NCBI GenBank assembly: GCA_963761335.1 | Contig: CAVXGR010000005.1 | Location: 352,001 to 416,000, forward strand | From: an uncultured delta proteobacterium | Lineage (GTDB): Bacteria; Desulfobacterota; Binatia; HRBIN30; BPIQ01 | Reading direction: 5' to 3' | Length of the DNA stretch: 64,000 nucleotides | Shown: positions 42,131-51,611 of the stretch, in pieces | Position numbering within the stretch: position 1 is the first letter of the stretch | Layout of the letters: every line of letters begins with the position of its first letter | The notes under the pieces: generated by a model | Told to the model about the DNA's origin: nothing | Seen by the model: the letters and a program-made list of their open reading frames with translations, nothing else | Databases searched by the model: none | Translations under genes and position numbers: made by a program

Positions 42131-43074
42131 CGCAGTGTCTCCAGATACGCGGTGAGGGCGCGTACCTCGTCTGATGTCAGGTGGAGGTTGGGCATGTGGC
42201 TCCCCGGCTTGATCCTGTCGGGCGCCGCCAGCCAGCGCGCCAGGTTCTCCCTGGTGTTGGCCACGACTCCGGCGCCCAGCGACTGCCGCGAGGCGACGTG
42301 GGTCAGGTCCGGACCGATCCGCGCACTGGAGAGGCCGCGGATGGCGTGGCAGCTGATGCACGTCTTGTCGCGAAAGAGGTCTTGCCCGCGCGCCGCTTCG
42401 GCGGAGGCCGTCGGTGTCGGGGCGCCGAGCTGCCCCCGCTGCCAGACGCCGAATGCGGCGGGCGTCTCGGCCACCACCGTGAAGCGCATCCAGGCGTGCT
42501 CGGCGCCGCAGAACTCCGAGCACGCCCCCAGGTACTTGCCCGGCTGGCTCACCTCGAGCCAGAGGTGATTGGGGTGCCCGGGAATCATGTCGACCTTGCG
42601 CGCCAGGCGCGGCGCCCAGAAGTCGTGGATCACGTCCGCGGACTCGAGGCGGAGCAGCAGCTTCTGGCCGGCGGGGACGTGAATCTCGTTGGCGGTGACC
42701 ACGCCCGACTTCGGATAGCGAACCTCCCACCACCACTGGTGCCCGGTGACGATCAGATCGGGCTGGGCGCCGTCCGCGACCGGCGGGTCCGAGGCCTGCA
42801 TCGTCTCCAGTGTTAGGACGAAGAGGACGGCGAGGAGGAAAAGCGGAATCGCCGTCCAGCCGATCTCCAGGGCCCGGTTGCCGCGTCGCTGCGGGGGCTC
42901 TCCGTCACCGGCGCGGGCGCGGTAGCGGACCGCGGCATAGACCACCAGAGCGGTGACCAGAAGAAAGATCGCCGCACAGATGGCCAGCGTGACCAGAAAG
43001 AGGGCGGAGATGGATTCCGCCTGCGGAGATGCCGGATGGAACGTGGGCAATAGATTCTTGATCAGGCCGTTCAC
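42127..43074 (-). CDS. coxB: Cytochrome c oxidase subunit II with fused cytochrome c
   Basis: HQWWW, DVIH, CuA CSEFCGAEHAWM, CISCH...MP. Confidence 0.95.
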   Translation of the reverse strand: MNGLIKNLLPTFHPASPQAESISALFLVTLAICAAIFLLVTALVVYAAVRYRARAGDGEPPQRRGNRALEIGWTAIPLFLLAVLFVLTLETMQASDPPVADGAQPDLIVTGHQWWWEVRYPKSGVVTANEIHVPAGQKLLLRLESADVIHDFWAPRLARKVDMIPGHPNHLWLEVSQPGKYLGACSEFCGAEHAWMRFTVVAETPAAFGVWQRGQLGAPTPTASAEAARGQDLFRDKTCISCHAIRGLSSARIGPDLTHVASRQSLGAGVVANTRENLARWLAAPDRIKPGSHMPNLHLTSDEVRALTAYLETLR

Positions 43075-43280
43075 TAGAGCTGTTCCACCCGGCGAGCACG
43101 CCTTGGAGGTTTGTTCTGCCGGAAGCGCGCCTACTGCTGGGTTAACATACGAGGTGCCGGCCGACTAGCCCACGATTCGCGGATGATGAATCCTCGATCG
43201 CGCCCGCAATCCCCGCGGGTGGCAGGAACGGTGCAATATCTGCTTGATCTCGCTCGGAAAGCGACCAAGAAAGATCGGAA

Positions 43281-43322
43281 CCCTCACCCTGACCCTCTCC
43301 CGCGAAAAAATGCGGGAGAGGG
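43281..43322. repeat. CCCTCACCC hairpin REP
   Basis: CCCTCACCCTGACCCTCTCCCGC-GAAAAAAT-GCGGGAGAGGG. Confidence 0.75.
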
Positions 43323-43545
43323 AACCCTCGCTCGCAGGGGCGTGAGGACAGAAGGGCGTGCGCGGCAAGTTCTATCGCCAAACGCGCAGCTGAGCAGATC
43401 GTCAACGCGCCCTTTCGTCTGCGAGTGTCCCAGCATTTCAGCCATGCTCGACGGCGGCAGGGCGGATCGTCCGCAAAAGGGCCCGACTTGACGAAACGTT
43501 TCAAGCAGGTTGCCGGACCTCGCGGCCCCGCTGCGGCCGGAGAGG

Positions 43546-43914
43546 TCACGACGGGGCGGTCACCCACTCGCGCGCCTGGGCGAGCTCTGCGTTCGAGAAC
43601 ACCTGGGCGCGGCCGGGTCGCAGCAGGCCGAAGAGACCGGCGAGCCGGTGAACCCAGCCGACGTCGGTGACCACGGCGATCTTCTCCCATCCCCGGAAGT
43701 GCCGCAGGTCGGCCCAGGTGTCGTCCCAGATCGCCTCGGCGTCGAAGCCGGAGAAATCCTCGGCGAAGTGATAGAGCAGGTTGACCCGGTCGTGGCGCTC
43801 GAACCGGGCCTGCAGCTCGGGCAGCAACACGGCGTCGTAGTCCGCGCCGGTCACCGTTCCATGGGCGGTGAAGCCGAGCACCTCGTCGGGCAAGTCTCGC
43901 ATGATCTCGATCAT
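43546..43914 (-). CDS. SpoIIAA-like (STAS/SEC14) protein
   Basis: GTVTGADY...AIWDD...KIAVVTD...AREWV. Confidence 0.85.
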   Translation of the reverse strand: MIEIMRDLPDEVLGFTAHGTVTGADYDAVLLPELQARFERHDRVNLLYHFAEDFSGFDAEAIWDDTWADLRHFRGWEKIAVVTDVGWVHRLAGLFGLLRPGRAQVFSNAELAQAREWVTAPS

Positions 43915-43960
43915 CGTCGTTCTCCCTTTGGTGGCGTCCTGTACGATCGCCCTGAGTCGC

Positions 43961-44842
43961 TTACAGGTCCCGGTAGCGGACGAGCTCGATTCCCAACCGC
44001 TCCACCGCCTTGCGCACACGCGGGCTGGTGAGCGCCGCAAGCTCGCCGTCGCGGTCGTAGTCGGGGGTCCAGCGGCGGATCTCGTCGTCGGTGATGCCGG
44101 GGTGGCAGTAGAGCTCGGTGGTCCCCGGGCCTAGCCGCGGCAGGAGGTGCAGCAGGTACTCCTCGCTGATGTGGCCGGTCTGATGCATGCCGTACATGCG
44201 GTCGGCGTGGCGGATGCCGCTGCGGTCCAGGCGGCGCCGCGCCCAGCGACCGAGCACGCTGAACACCAGCGCCTCGCCGAGGCGGCGCCCGAGGAAGTCT
44301 CGGTTGAACGCCAGCGTGTCGCGCAGCGGCTCGATCGGCACGCGCATGGCGCGAATGCCGAAGCGCGGAGCGAGCTCGCAGAGGATATCGAGGACGACGG
44401 GATGCACGTGGATGGTGAGATGGCCGTCGACGTGCGAGAGCGGCAGGCCGCTGGCGGCGAACTGCTGGAGCTGCGCGCTGACCTCGCGGCGAAGCTGCTC
44501 GTGGAGCCGGCGATTGAAGAAGAAGCGAGCCCCGGAGGACACCGGGGCGGCCGGCAGCATCAACGCCTCGTCCACCAGGTCGGGAATGGAGTGTGCCGGC
44601 GCGGTCGCCCGTCCCTGGACCAGAACCAGATGCAGGCCGACGCCGAGGGACGGGCTGCGCAGCGCCAGCGAGACCGCCTCGGCGGCGGCGGCACCGCTCA
44701 CCATCAGGCTGGTCTCGGTGAGGATGCCCTGACGATGGGCGCGGATCACGGCGGCGTTGACGCCGGCCGACATGCCGAAGTCGTCGGCGGAGACGATCAG
44801 GCGCCGGCGGGACGCGCTCGGGTATGTGGACGTCGACGGCAA
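43961..44842 (-). CDS. hpnK: Hopanoid-associated ChbG/YdjC family deacetylase
   Basis: LIVSADDFG, VGLHLVLV, SHVDGHLTIHVHP, ELYCHPG. Confidence 0.85.
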   Translation of the reverse strand: MPSTSTYPSASRRRLIVSADDFGMSAGVNAAVIRAHRQGILTETSLMVSGAAAAEAVSLALRSPSLGVGLHLVLVQGRATAPAHSIPDLVDEALMLPAAPVSSGARFFFNRRLHEQLRREVSAQLQQFAASGLPLSHVDGHLTIHVHPVVLDILCELAPRFGIRAMRVPIEPLRDTLAFNRDFLGRRLGEALVFSVLGRWARRRLDRSGIRHADRMYGMHQTGHISEEYLLHLLPRLGPGTTELYCHPGITDDEIRRWTPDYDRDGELAALTSPRVRKAVERLGIELVRYRDL

Positions 44843-44988
44843 GCTGGCGGAGTAAAGGAAGGGGCGGGGGAAAAGTCAAAAGGCGGAGCGTGTCTCCGAC
44901 CTTTCACCGTCCTGAAATCAACTTGCAACGGGAGGGGTGAGCCGTTATACGACTCGCCACCGGGCGACAGCCGTCCGAAACGGATCTC

Positions 44989-46665
44989 GTGTCACAGCAA
45001 AACTCCAAGCCCGCCCAGCTCCGCGCTCGTCTCGCCGCACCGGGTCTCGTGCTCGCCGTCGGCGCTCACGATGCGCTCTCCGCCAAGCTCATCGAAGAGG
45101 CGGGCTTCGACGCCGTCTGGGCCAGCGGCTTCGGCATCTCCGCGGTCGCCGCCGTTCCCGATGCCAATATTCTCACCATGACCGAGAACCTCGACGCGGT
45201 GAAGCGCATCAGCGAAGCCATCGGCATCCCGGTGATCGCCGACTGCGACACCGGCTACGGGAACGCCATCAACGTTCTGCGCACGGTGCGCGAGTACGAG
45301 CGCACCGGTGCCGCGGGCATCTGCCTGGAAGACAACGTCTTCCCCAAGCGCTGCAGCTTCTACGCCGGAGTGCGCCGCGAGCTGGTGGCGGTCGAGGAGC
45401 ACGCCCGCAAGATCGAGGCGGCGAAGTCTGCCCAGTCCGACCCCGACTTCGTGGTGGTGGCGCGCACCGAGGCACTGATCGCCGGCTGGGGCATCGAGGA
45501 GGCGTTGCAGCGGGCGCGCGCCTATGCGGCGGCGGGCGCCGATGCGGTGCTCATCCACTCGAAGGCGCCGACCTTCGACGAGCTGGCCGAGTTCGCGCGC
45601 GCCTGGGACGGATCCTGTCCGCTGGTGGCGGTGCCCACCACCTATCCCGACGTCACCTCGGCGGAGCTGCTCGCCGCCGGATTCAAGATGGCGATCTTCG
45701 CAAATCAGCCGCTGCGCGCCGCCATTCCGGCGATGCGCGCCACCCTGCGCGCCATGCGCGAGGCCGGCCGGCCGGGGGTGATCGAGAAGGACATCGCCTC
45801 TCTCCAGCAGGTGTATCAGCTCGTCGGCGTTCCCGAGCTCGAGGAGAGCGAGCGCCGCTACCTGCCGGCGACGCCGAGCACCGCGGCGATCATCATCGCC
45901 GCCGGCTTCGAAGAAGAGATGATGCCGCTCATCGTCGACCGCCCGAAGGGCATGCTCGAGGTGCGCGGCGAAAGCATTCTCGAGCGGCAGACGCGAGCGC
46001 TGCGCAACGCCGGCATCAACGACATCTCCGTGGTCCGCGGCTATCGGAAGGAGTCGATCAACCTTCCCGGCCTGCGCTACTTCGACAACGATCGCTATCA
46101 GGAGACCGGCGAGCTCGAGTCGCTGTTCCGGGCGCGCCAGGCCATGAACGGCCGCTTCGTGTTTCTCTACTCCGACATCCTCTTCGAGCAATCGGTGCTC
46201 GAGCGGTTGCTGCGCAGTGACGCCGACATCGCCATCGTCGTCGACCGCGCCTGGTACGAGGCGGCGCGCTCCGGCATCGAGCGGCCGGCGCCGCGCCCCG
46301 ATCTGGTGATCACCGACGTTCCGCCGGTGTCGCATCACCGCTTCCTCGCCGAGGAGCGCGGCAGTGGTCTGCTGCGCATCGGCCAGCGCCTGCGACCGAA
46401 CGAGGCGCACGCCGAGTTCATCGGCATGGCGTTGTTCTCGGCGCGCGGCGCGGAGATTCTCGCGGACGCCTACGACCGCGCCCGACGCCCGGGCGATCGG
46501 CCGTTCCACGAGGCCGCGTCGATCGAGCGCGCCACCTTCACCGACCTGCTGCAGGATCTCGTCGACCGCGGTGAGCGCGTCACCTGCATCGACATCTACA
46601 AGGGCTGGATGGAGATCGACAGCTTCGACGATTACCGCCGCGCCTGGGCGGAGGTGCGGGACTGA
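44989..46665 (+). CDS. pepM: PEP phosphomutase-like enzyme fused to a nucleotidyltransferase domain
   Basis: GAHDALSA, VWASG, PDA, DCDTGYG, EDNVFPKRCS, ARTEAL, LIHSK, VPTTY, ANQ; C-terminal DRPK...VRGY...YSDI...WMEID. Confidence 0.8.
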   Translation: MSQQNSKPAQLRARLAAPGLVLAVGAHDALSAKLIEEAGFDAVWASGFGISAVAAVPDANILTMTENLDAVKRISEAIGIPVIADCDTGYGNAINVLRTVREYERTGAAGICLEDNVFPKRCSFYAGVRRELVAVEEHARKIEAAKSAQSDPDFVVVARTEALIAGWGIEEALQRARAYAAAGADAVLIHSKAPTFDELAEFARAWDGSCPLVAVPTTYPDVTSAELLAAGFKMAIFANQPLRAAIPAMRATLRAMREAGRPGVIEKDIASLQQVYQLVGVPELEESERRYLPATPSTAAIIIAAGFEEEMMPLIVDRPKGMLEVRGESILERQTRALRNAGINDISVVRGYRKESINLPGLRYFDNDRYQETGELESLFRARQAMNGRFVFLYSDILFEQSVLERLLRSDADIAIVVDRAWYEAARSGIERPAPRPDLVITDVPPVSHHRFLAEERGSGLLRIGQRLRPNEAHAEFIGMALFSARGAEILADAYDRARRPGDRPFHEAASIERATFTDLLQDLVDRGERVTCIDIYKGWMEIDSFDDYRRAWAEVRD

Positions 46666-46739
46666 GAACCCCGGCGGCCCGCCGTGAGGCGGCTGCGGCA
46701 ATCGCATTTTCTCGGTCCCTGCTGTATTCGAGCTCGTCC

Positions 46740-47222
46740 ATGTCTCCGCGGGAATTCGTGGCGCTGCTGCGCAGCCTGCAGTTCGATTTCTTCACCGGCG
46801 TTCCCTGCTCGCTGATCAAGGGCGTCATTGCCGCCCTCGAGGCGGAGGGCGCCTGGATTCCCGAGACGCGCGAGGATGCGGCGCTGGGTCTTGCCGCCGG
46901 CGCCTATCTCGGCGGCCGGCAGCCGGTGGTCATCATGCAGAACTCCGGCCTCGGAGTGAGCATCAATGCCCTCACCTCGCTCCATCTGATCTATCGCCTG
47001 CCCTGTCTGCTGCTGATCACCTGGCGCGGCTACCAGGGGAAGGATGCCCCCGAGCACCTGATCATGGGAGAGGTCTGCACCATGCTGATGGAGACCATCG
47101 GTGTGCCGCATCGGGCTCCGGATGCCGAGACACTGCCCGAGTCGGTGCGCTGGGCGGCGGAGACGGCGCGCTCGCGGCGCTCGCCCGCGGCGTTGCTGCT
47201 GCGCAAGGGAGTGGTGGCGTGA
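46740..47222 (+). CDS. Phosphonopyruvate (or sulfopyruvate) decarboxylase, alpha subunit
   Basis: FFTGVPCS, REDAA, MQNSGLG, WRG...DAPEH. Confidence 0.85.
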   Translation: MSPREFVALLRSLQFDFFTGVPCSLIKGVIAALEAEGAWIPETREDAALGLAAGAYLGGRQPVVIMQNSGLGVSINALTSLHLIYRLPCLLLITWRGYQGKDAPEHLIMGEVCTMLMETIGVPHRAPDAETLPESVRWAAETARSRRSPAALLLRKGVVA

Positions 47223-47791
47223 AGCTGGCGGAGGCGCTCGAGGCGATCGTGCCCCGGCTCGGCGATGCCCTCGTGGTGCACGCCAACGGCTTCATCTCGC
47301 GCGAGTCGTACGCCCTCGCCAACCGGCCGCAGAACTTCTACATGATCGGCTCCATGGGCCTGGCGTCCTCGATCGGGCTCGGCCTGGCGCTGGCGCAGCC
47401 GCGGCGCCGCGTGGTGGTCTTCGACGGCGACGGCAACGTGCTCATGAATCTGGGCTCGCTGGCCATGGCGGCGGCACTGCGGCCGCGGAACTATCTGCAC
47501 GTCTGCTTCGACAACGCCGTCTACGCCTCCACCGGCAATCAGCGGACGGTGTCGTCGCAGGTGCCGCTCGAGAGCGTCGCTGCGGCGGCGGGCTATGCCG
47601 CCGCGGCGCGCCTCGACAGCGCGCCGGCGCTGGCGGCGCTCTTCTCCGAGTGGCTGCGCCTCGACGGCCCCCGATTTCTTCTCGCCCGCGTCGATGCCGA
47701 CGCCGAGGAGCGGCCTCTGCCCCGCGTCGAGCCCGCGCCCGAGATTCTCGCCGAGAGCTTCCGCGCCGTTGCCTGCGGAGAGCCGTCGTGA
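47219..47791 (+). CDS. Phosphonopyruvate (or sulfopyruvate) decarboxylase, beta (ThDP-binding) subunit
   Basis: NGFISR, FYMIGSMG, DGDGN...DN, STGNQ. Confidence 0.85.
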   Translation: MKLAEALEAIVPRLGDALVVHANGFISRESYALANRPQNFYMIGSMGLASSIGLGLALAQPRRRVVVFDGDGNVLMNLGSLAMAAALRPRNYLHVCFDNAVYASTGNQRTVSSQVPLESVAAAAGYAAAARLDSAPALAALFSEWLRLDGPRFLLARVDADAEERPLPRVEPAPEILAESFRAVACGEPS

Positions 47792-47819
47792 AGCCGCTGG
47801 TGCGTTCGACGGAGGCGCG

Positions 47820-48542
47820 ATGAGGGCGATTCTGCTGGCGGCGGGCGTCGGCCGGCGGCTGGGCGCGGCGATCGAGCAGCCCAAGTGCCTGTTGCGCCTC
47901 GGCGGCCGGAGTCTTCTCGAGCGGCTGCTGCGCTCGCTCGGACGGGCCGGTGTGCCGCAGGCGGTGATCGTCGTCGGCTATCGCCACGAGCAGGTGCGGG
48001 AGGCCATCGGCTCGAGCTGCGGCGGTGTCGAGGTGCGCTACGTCTACAACCCCGAGTACGAGAAGGGTGCCATCCTGTCGCTGTGGGCGGCGCGCGACGA
48101 GTTCGTCGACGACCTGCTGGTGATGGACGCGGACGTGCTCTGTCCCGATGAGATGCTGGCGCGGCTGGTTCACTCGCCGCACGCCAACTGCTTTCTGCTC
48201 GATGGACGCGCGCAGCCGAGCGGCGAGGAGCAGATGCTCATGGCGCGCGGCGGCCGGGTCTGGAACATCGCACGGCGCGTCGAGCCGGGGTACGATCTGG
48301 TCGGCGAGTCGGTCGGCTTTCTCAAGGTATCGCGTCAGTCCGCCCCGGGCCTGCTCGAGGTGCTGAGCTCCTGTGTCGAGCAGGGACGCGACCGCATCGA
48401 GCACGAGGAGGTCTATCCGATCTTCATGCGCGAGCACGTCGTCGGCTACGAGCGCGTCGACGATCTGCCGTGGACGGAGATCGACTTCCCGGAGGATGCG
48501 GTGCGGGCGGAGCGCGAGCTGCTGCCGCTGATCGACCGCTGA
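47820..48542 (+). CDS. Phosphocholine/phosphonate cytidylyltransferase (LicC/PntC-like)
   Basis: ILLAAGVGRRL...PKCL, GE..G, WTEIDFPED. Confidence 0.85.
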   Translation: MRAILLAAGVGRRLGAAIEQPKCLLRLGGRSLLERLLRSLGRAGVPQAVIVVGYRHEQVREAIGSSCGGVEVRYVYNPEYEKGAILSLWAARDEFVDDLLVMDADVLCPDEMLARLVHSPHANCFLLDGRAQPSGEEQMLMARGGRVWNIARRVEPGYDLVGESVGFLKVSRQSAPGLLEVLSSCVEQGRDRIEHEEVYPIFMREHVVGYERVDDLPWTEIDFPEDAVRAERELLPLIDR

Positions 48543-48562
48543 GTGGTCGTCGCACGAATCGC

Positions 48563-49762
48563 ATGAACGCGGTGCTCATCGCCACCAGCCTGGCGCGCGA
48601 TCCCCGCGTCCGCGTCGGCGGACTGCCGCTCGTCGACCGCGCCCTGATCGCCGCGGCGCGTGCCGGGGTGAGGCGCTGCTTCGTCGCCGGCGAGGTGGAG
48701 CTGCCACCCGCCGATCGGCGCCATCCGCCGGAGGTGCGGCGGATCTCTGCCGATCCCGGCGCGGCGGCGGAGAGCCTGCGCGCCGCCGGCGTCGGCGAGG
48801 ACGAGCCGGTGGCGATGCTGAGCGCGGACGTGGTTTTTCAACCGGCGGCGCTCGCCCACCTGCGGGAACGCTGGCGCCCGGGCGTCGCCGTGGTCGCCCG
48901 CAGCACGCGCGCCGACGCCGAGGTGCTGCCGATGGCCGTGGCGTCGCGGTCGATGCTGGCGTACACCTGGCCTGCGGCGGCGGGCGGTTCGCACGGCGAG
49001 CCTGCCGCCGGGGTCGTCGTCGAGAAGCCGCCGGCGTTTGCCGCCCGGCTGCGCCGCCTCGGAGAGGTTGCCGAGCTCGAGCGCGATCTCCTGCTGTCGC
49101 TGGAGAATCCGCGCGACGGCCGCGTCGACACGATTCTCAACCGCAAGCTGTCACGGCCCATCAGCCGCGTCTTTCTGCATCTGGGTCTGCACCCGAACCA
49201 GATCACCGTGCTCTCCTTCCTCGCCTCGATCGTCGCCGCCATCGGCTTCGCCGTGGGAGGCTACGGCATCTCCCTGCTCGCCGCCCTGGTCTTTCAGCTG
49301 GCGGCGGTGCTCGACTGCTGCGACGGCGAGGTGGCGCGCCTTCGTTTTCTCGAGTCGCGCCTGGGAGACCTCCTTGACATTTCGCTGGACGCGGTCGGCA
49401 ACGCCGCCATCTTCGTGGGCATTGCGCGCGGAGTCTGGGTCCGCGGGCAGCTGGAGGACGCCCATGCCCTGGGGGTCGCGGCGGCGGCCGGCATCCTCGG
49501 CACCTTCCTCGTGGTCACCTACGCCGAGCGCCGCCTGCCGGCGCAGCCGGCGGCGCCGGCGCACCGCACGGCGCAGAAGCTGGTGGGTGCCATGACCACG
49601 CGCGACTTCTCGATCATCGTCCTGCTTGCCGCGGCGACAGGAGCGCTGCCCTGGTTCCTCTGGGGGTCGGCGATCGGCGCCAACGTCTTCTGGGTCGGCC
49701 TACTGCTGCTCCTGGTGCGCGGCGGCACCGCGCGACAGGTAGGTGAGAGCGGCGAGACCTAG
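48563..49762 (+). CDS. CDP-alcohol phosphatidyltransferase with degenerate N-terminal NTP-transferase-like region
   Basis: PNQIT; DCCDGEVAR-x8-G-x3-D-x3-D signature. Confidence 0.88.
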   Translation: MNAVLIATSLARDPRVRVGGLPLVDRALIAAARAGVRRCFVAGEVELPPADRRHPPEVRRISADPGAAAESLRAAGVGEDEPVAMLSADVVFQPAALAHLRERWRPGVAVVARSTRADAEVLPMAVASRSMLAYTWPAAAGGSHGEPAAGVVVEKPPAFAARLRRLGEVAELERDLLLSLENPRDGRVDTILNRKLSRPISRVFLHLGLHPNQITVLSFLASIVAAIGFAVGGYGISLLAALVFQLAAVLDCCDGEVARLRFLESRLGDLLDISLDAVGNAAIFVGIARGVWVRGQLEDAHALGVAAAAGILGTFLVVTYAERRLPAQPAAPAHRTAQKLVGAMTTRDFSIIVLLAAATGALPWFLWGSAIGANVFWVGLLLLLVRGGTARQVGESGET

Positions 49763-50863
49763 AAGGCTGAAGGCGAGCTCGCGAATGCGCTTGAGGAGCA
49801 TGAGCGCCACGCCGGCCGGCTCACTGAAACCCAGGAGACGGCAGAGAACGGCGCCGCTGAACTCCTGTACGCCGAGGCCTCCCGGGATGACGGCGCCGCT
49901 CACCAGGACCGCCTGGCTGAGGGACTCGATGATGATCGCCTCTTCCCAGCCGCAGGAGATGCCCATCATCCAGAGAAAGAGGACCACCTCGCCGGCGCCC
50001 AGCATCCACCCGGCGAAGTGATAGAGGGTGGTGGCCGCGAAGCCGCGGGGATCTTCCCGGTAGAAGCGCGCCAGCGATCCGTCGATCTCGGCGGCGCGCG
50101 ACTCCAGACGGGCGATGAAGGAGCCGCGCAGCCCGAGATTGCGCAGCAGGCGAGCGACGTCGCCGACCACGCCCCGGCGCTGCCAGACGACCATGCCGAG
50201 GACGATGCCGAGACCGACGACCCAGCAGCCGATGAGCAGCAGGCCCCGGGCGCGCAGCAGATCCAGCCAGTCGAGCAGCATGAAGAGCCCGATCAGAGTG
50301 AAGACGATCTGCGAGCTGATGATGGCGCCCTTGGCGATCACCACCGAGGCGACGCCATCGCTGGTGCCGACGCCGTGCTGGCGCAGCAGATAGGCCTTCA
50401 CCGGCTCGCCGGCGAGGCCGGCGGTCGGCGTCAGGTTGTTCACCGCTTCGCCCGCGAGGCGGATCCAGTAGAGCTTCCAGAACGAAACCAGGCGGCGGCT
50501 GGGATAGGCGAGGGCGCGGCCCCAGCCGAAGACGTCGAAGATCATGATGACGCCGTAGGGCACCAGGACGAGCGGCGCCCACCAGCCGAGCGACTGCATC
50601 AGCGCCAGCACCTGGCCGACGCCGACGTAGTAGAGGACGGCTCCCAGAGCCGCCAGACCGACGGCGACCAGCGCCGCGGTGCGCAGATGCCGGCCGGTCT
50701 GGCGCCGCGAGACCGGGAGCGCCGCGGCCAGGTCGCTGCCGTTGCTCAACGTGGGGGAGGCATTGTGGGCGCTGTGCGAGGAATGGACGCTGCCTGAGAG
50801 CCCTGTCGCAGCTGGCGCCACTCCCCGGGCGTCCGGCGCGGAAGCCGCGGGCTCTGAAGACAT
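49700..50863 (-). CDS. Lysylphosphatidylglycerol synthase TM / flippase-like membrane protein
   Basis: GEAVNNLTP...GEPVK, IPGGLGVQE, KRIRE; start uncertain. Confidence 0.85.
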   Translation of the reverse strand: MSSEPAASAPDARGVAPAATGLSGSVHSSHSAHNASPTLSNGSDLAAALPVSRRQTGRHLRTAALVAVGLAALGAVLYYVGVGQVLALMQSLGWWAPLVLVPYGVIMIFDVFGWGRALAYPSRRLVSFWKLYWIRLAGEAVNNLTPTAGLAGEPVKAYLLRQHGVGTSDGVASVVIAKGAIISSQIVFTLIGLFMLLDWLDLLRARGLLLIGCWVVGLGIVLGMVVWQRRGVVGDVARLLRNLGLRGSFIARLESRAAEIDGSLARFYREDPRGFAATTLYHFAGWMLGAGEVVLFLWMMGISCGWEEAIIIESLSQAVLVSGAVIPGGLGVQEFSGAVLCRLLGFSEPAGVALMLLKRIRELAFSLLGLAALTYLSRGAAAHQEQQ

Positions 50864-50915
50864 GTGGCGTCAATCGAATCAACAAGGGCCGGACGTGTCA
50901 AGGTAGGGGCGACAG

Positions 50916-51343
50916 TGCGTCATGAGCCTTACGGCTCACCAATAGACGATGAAATGAGGCTGGGGATCTGCGCCGGCAAGAGACTTGGAGGTCCTCGCCC
51001 GGCTGAAGTTCGCCCCGGAGGGGCGGTGGCGTGTAGCCCCGGGTGAAACCCTGGGAAGAATGCGCGCTCCGTCAGGCGCGCCCCGCCAGGGGCGCGGGCA
51101 AGCTTTCGTCGATGTCACGCCTGTAGGCCGATGCTCACCGCTGGGTGCGTGGGAAGCTCATCGAGGTGATTCACGCGGCCTCTACGCCTGCGCCCCTTCG
51201 GGGCGCTGATCTGGGCCAATCGGAACGCGGTCCCCGGGTTTAACCCCCGGGGCTACATGCCTGCGCCCCTCCGGGGCGATAAGCCTCCACGCCAAGCGCC
51301 GGTGCGCTCCGCCAGACCTTCACCCAATCGATTTTCGAAGCAG
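50916..51343 (-). mobile_element. REP-targeting cassette, cargo type 1 (428 bp)
   Basis: As 36104-36529. Confidence 0.8.
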
Positions 51344-51611
51344 TGCGTCATGAGCCTGCGGCTCACCAACAGACGATGAAAATGGACGGCGTCCTGATTC
51401 ACTGATCAGACGCTTGCGATGATACTTCCGCGCCACGGGGGCGGGTCTCCTCTCCCCGCATCTTTCCGCGGGGAGAGGATCAAGGTGAGGGGTTCCTGTC
51501 TCACTGAAGGCTCGTGAATGTCCACGGCCCTCACCCTGACCCTCTCCCGCCAAGTAATGCGGGAGAGGGAACGCGCCCCCGAAGCGCACACCCAACAGAT
51601 TTTCGAAGCAG
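51344..51611 (-). mobile_element. REP-targeting cassette, cargo type 2 (268 bp)
   Basis: As 36530-36815, with an 18-bp internal indel. Confidence 0.8.

Noticed and set aside
46740..47791. Coenzyme M pathway (ComDE)
   Set aside because: No comA/B/C nearby; the PepM-like and cytidylyltransferase context favours phosphonopyruvate decarboxylase.
50915..51343. Group II intron remnant (cassette can be read as starting GTGCG)
   Set aside because: No domain V/VI, no AY 3' end, far too short, and both junctions share a CAG core.
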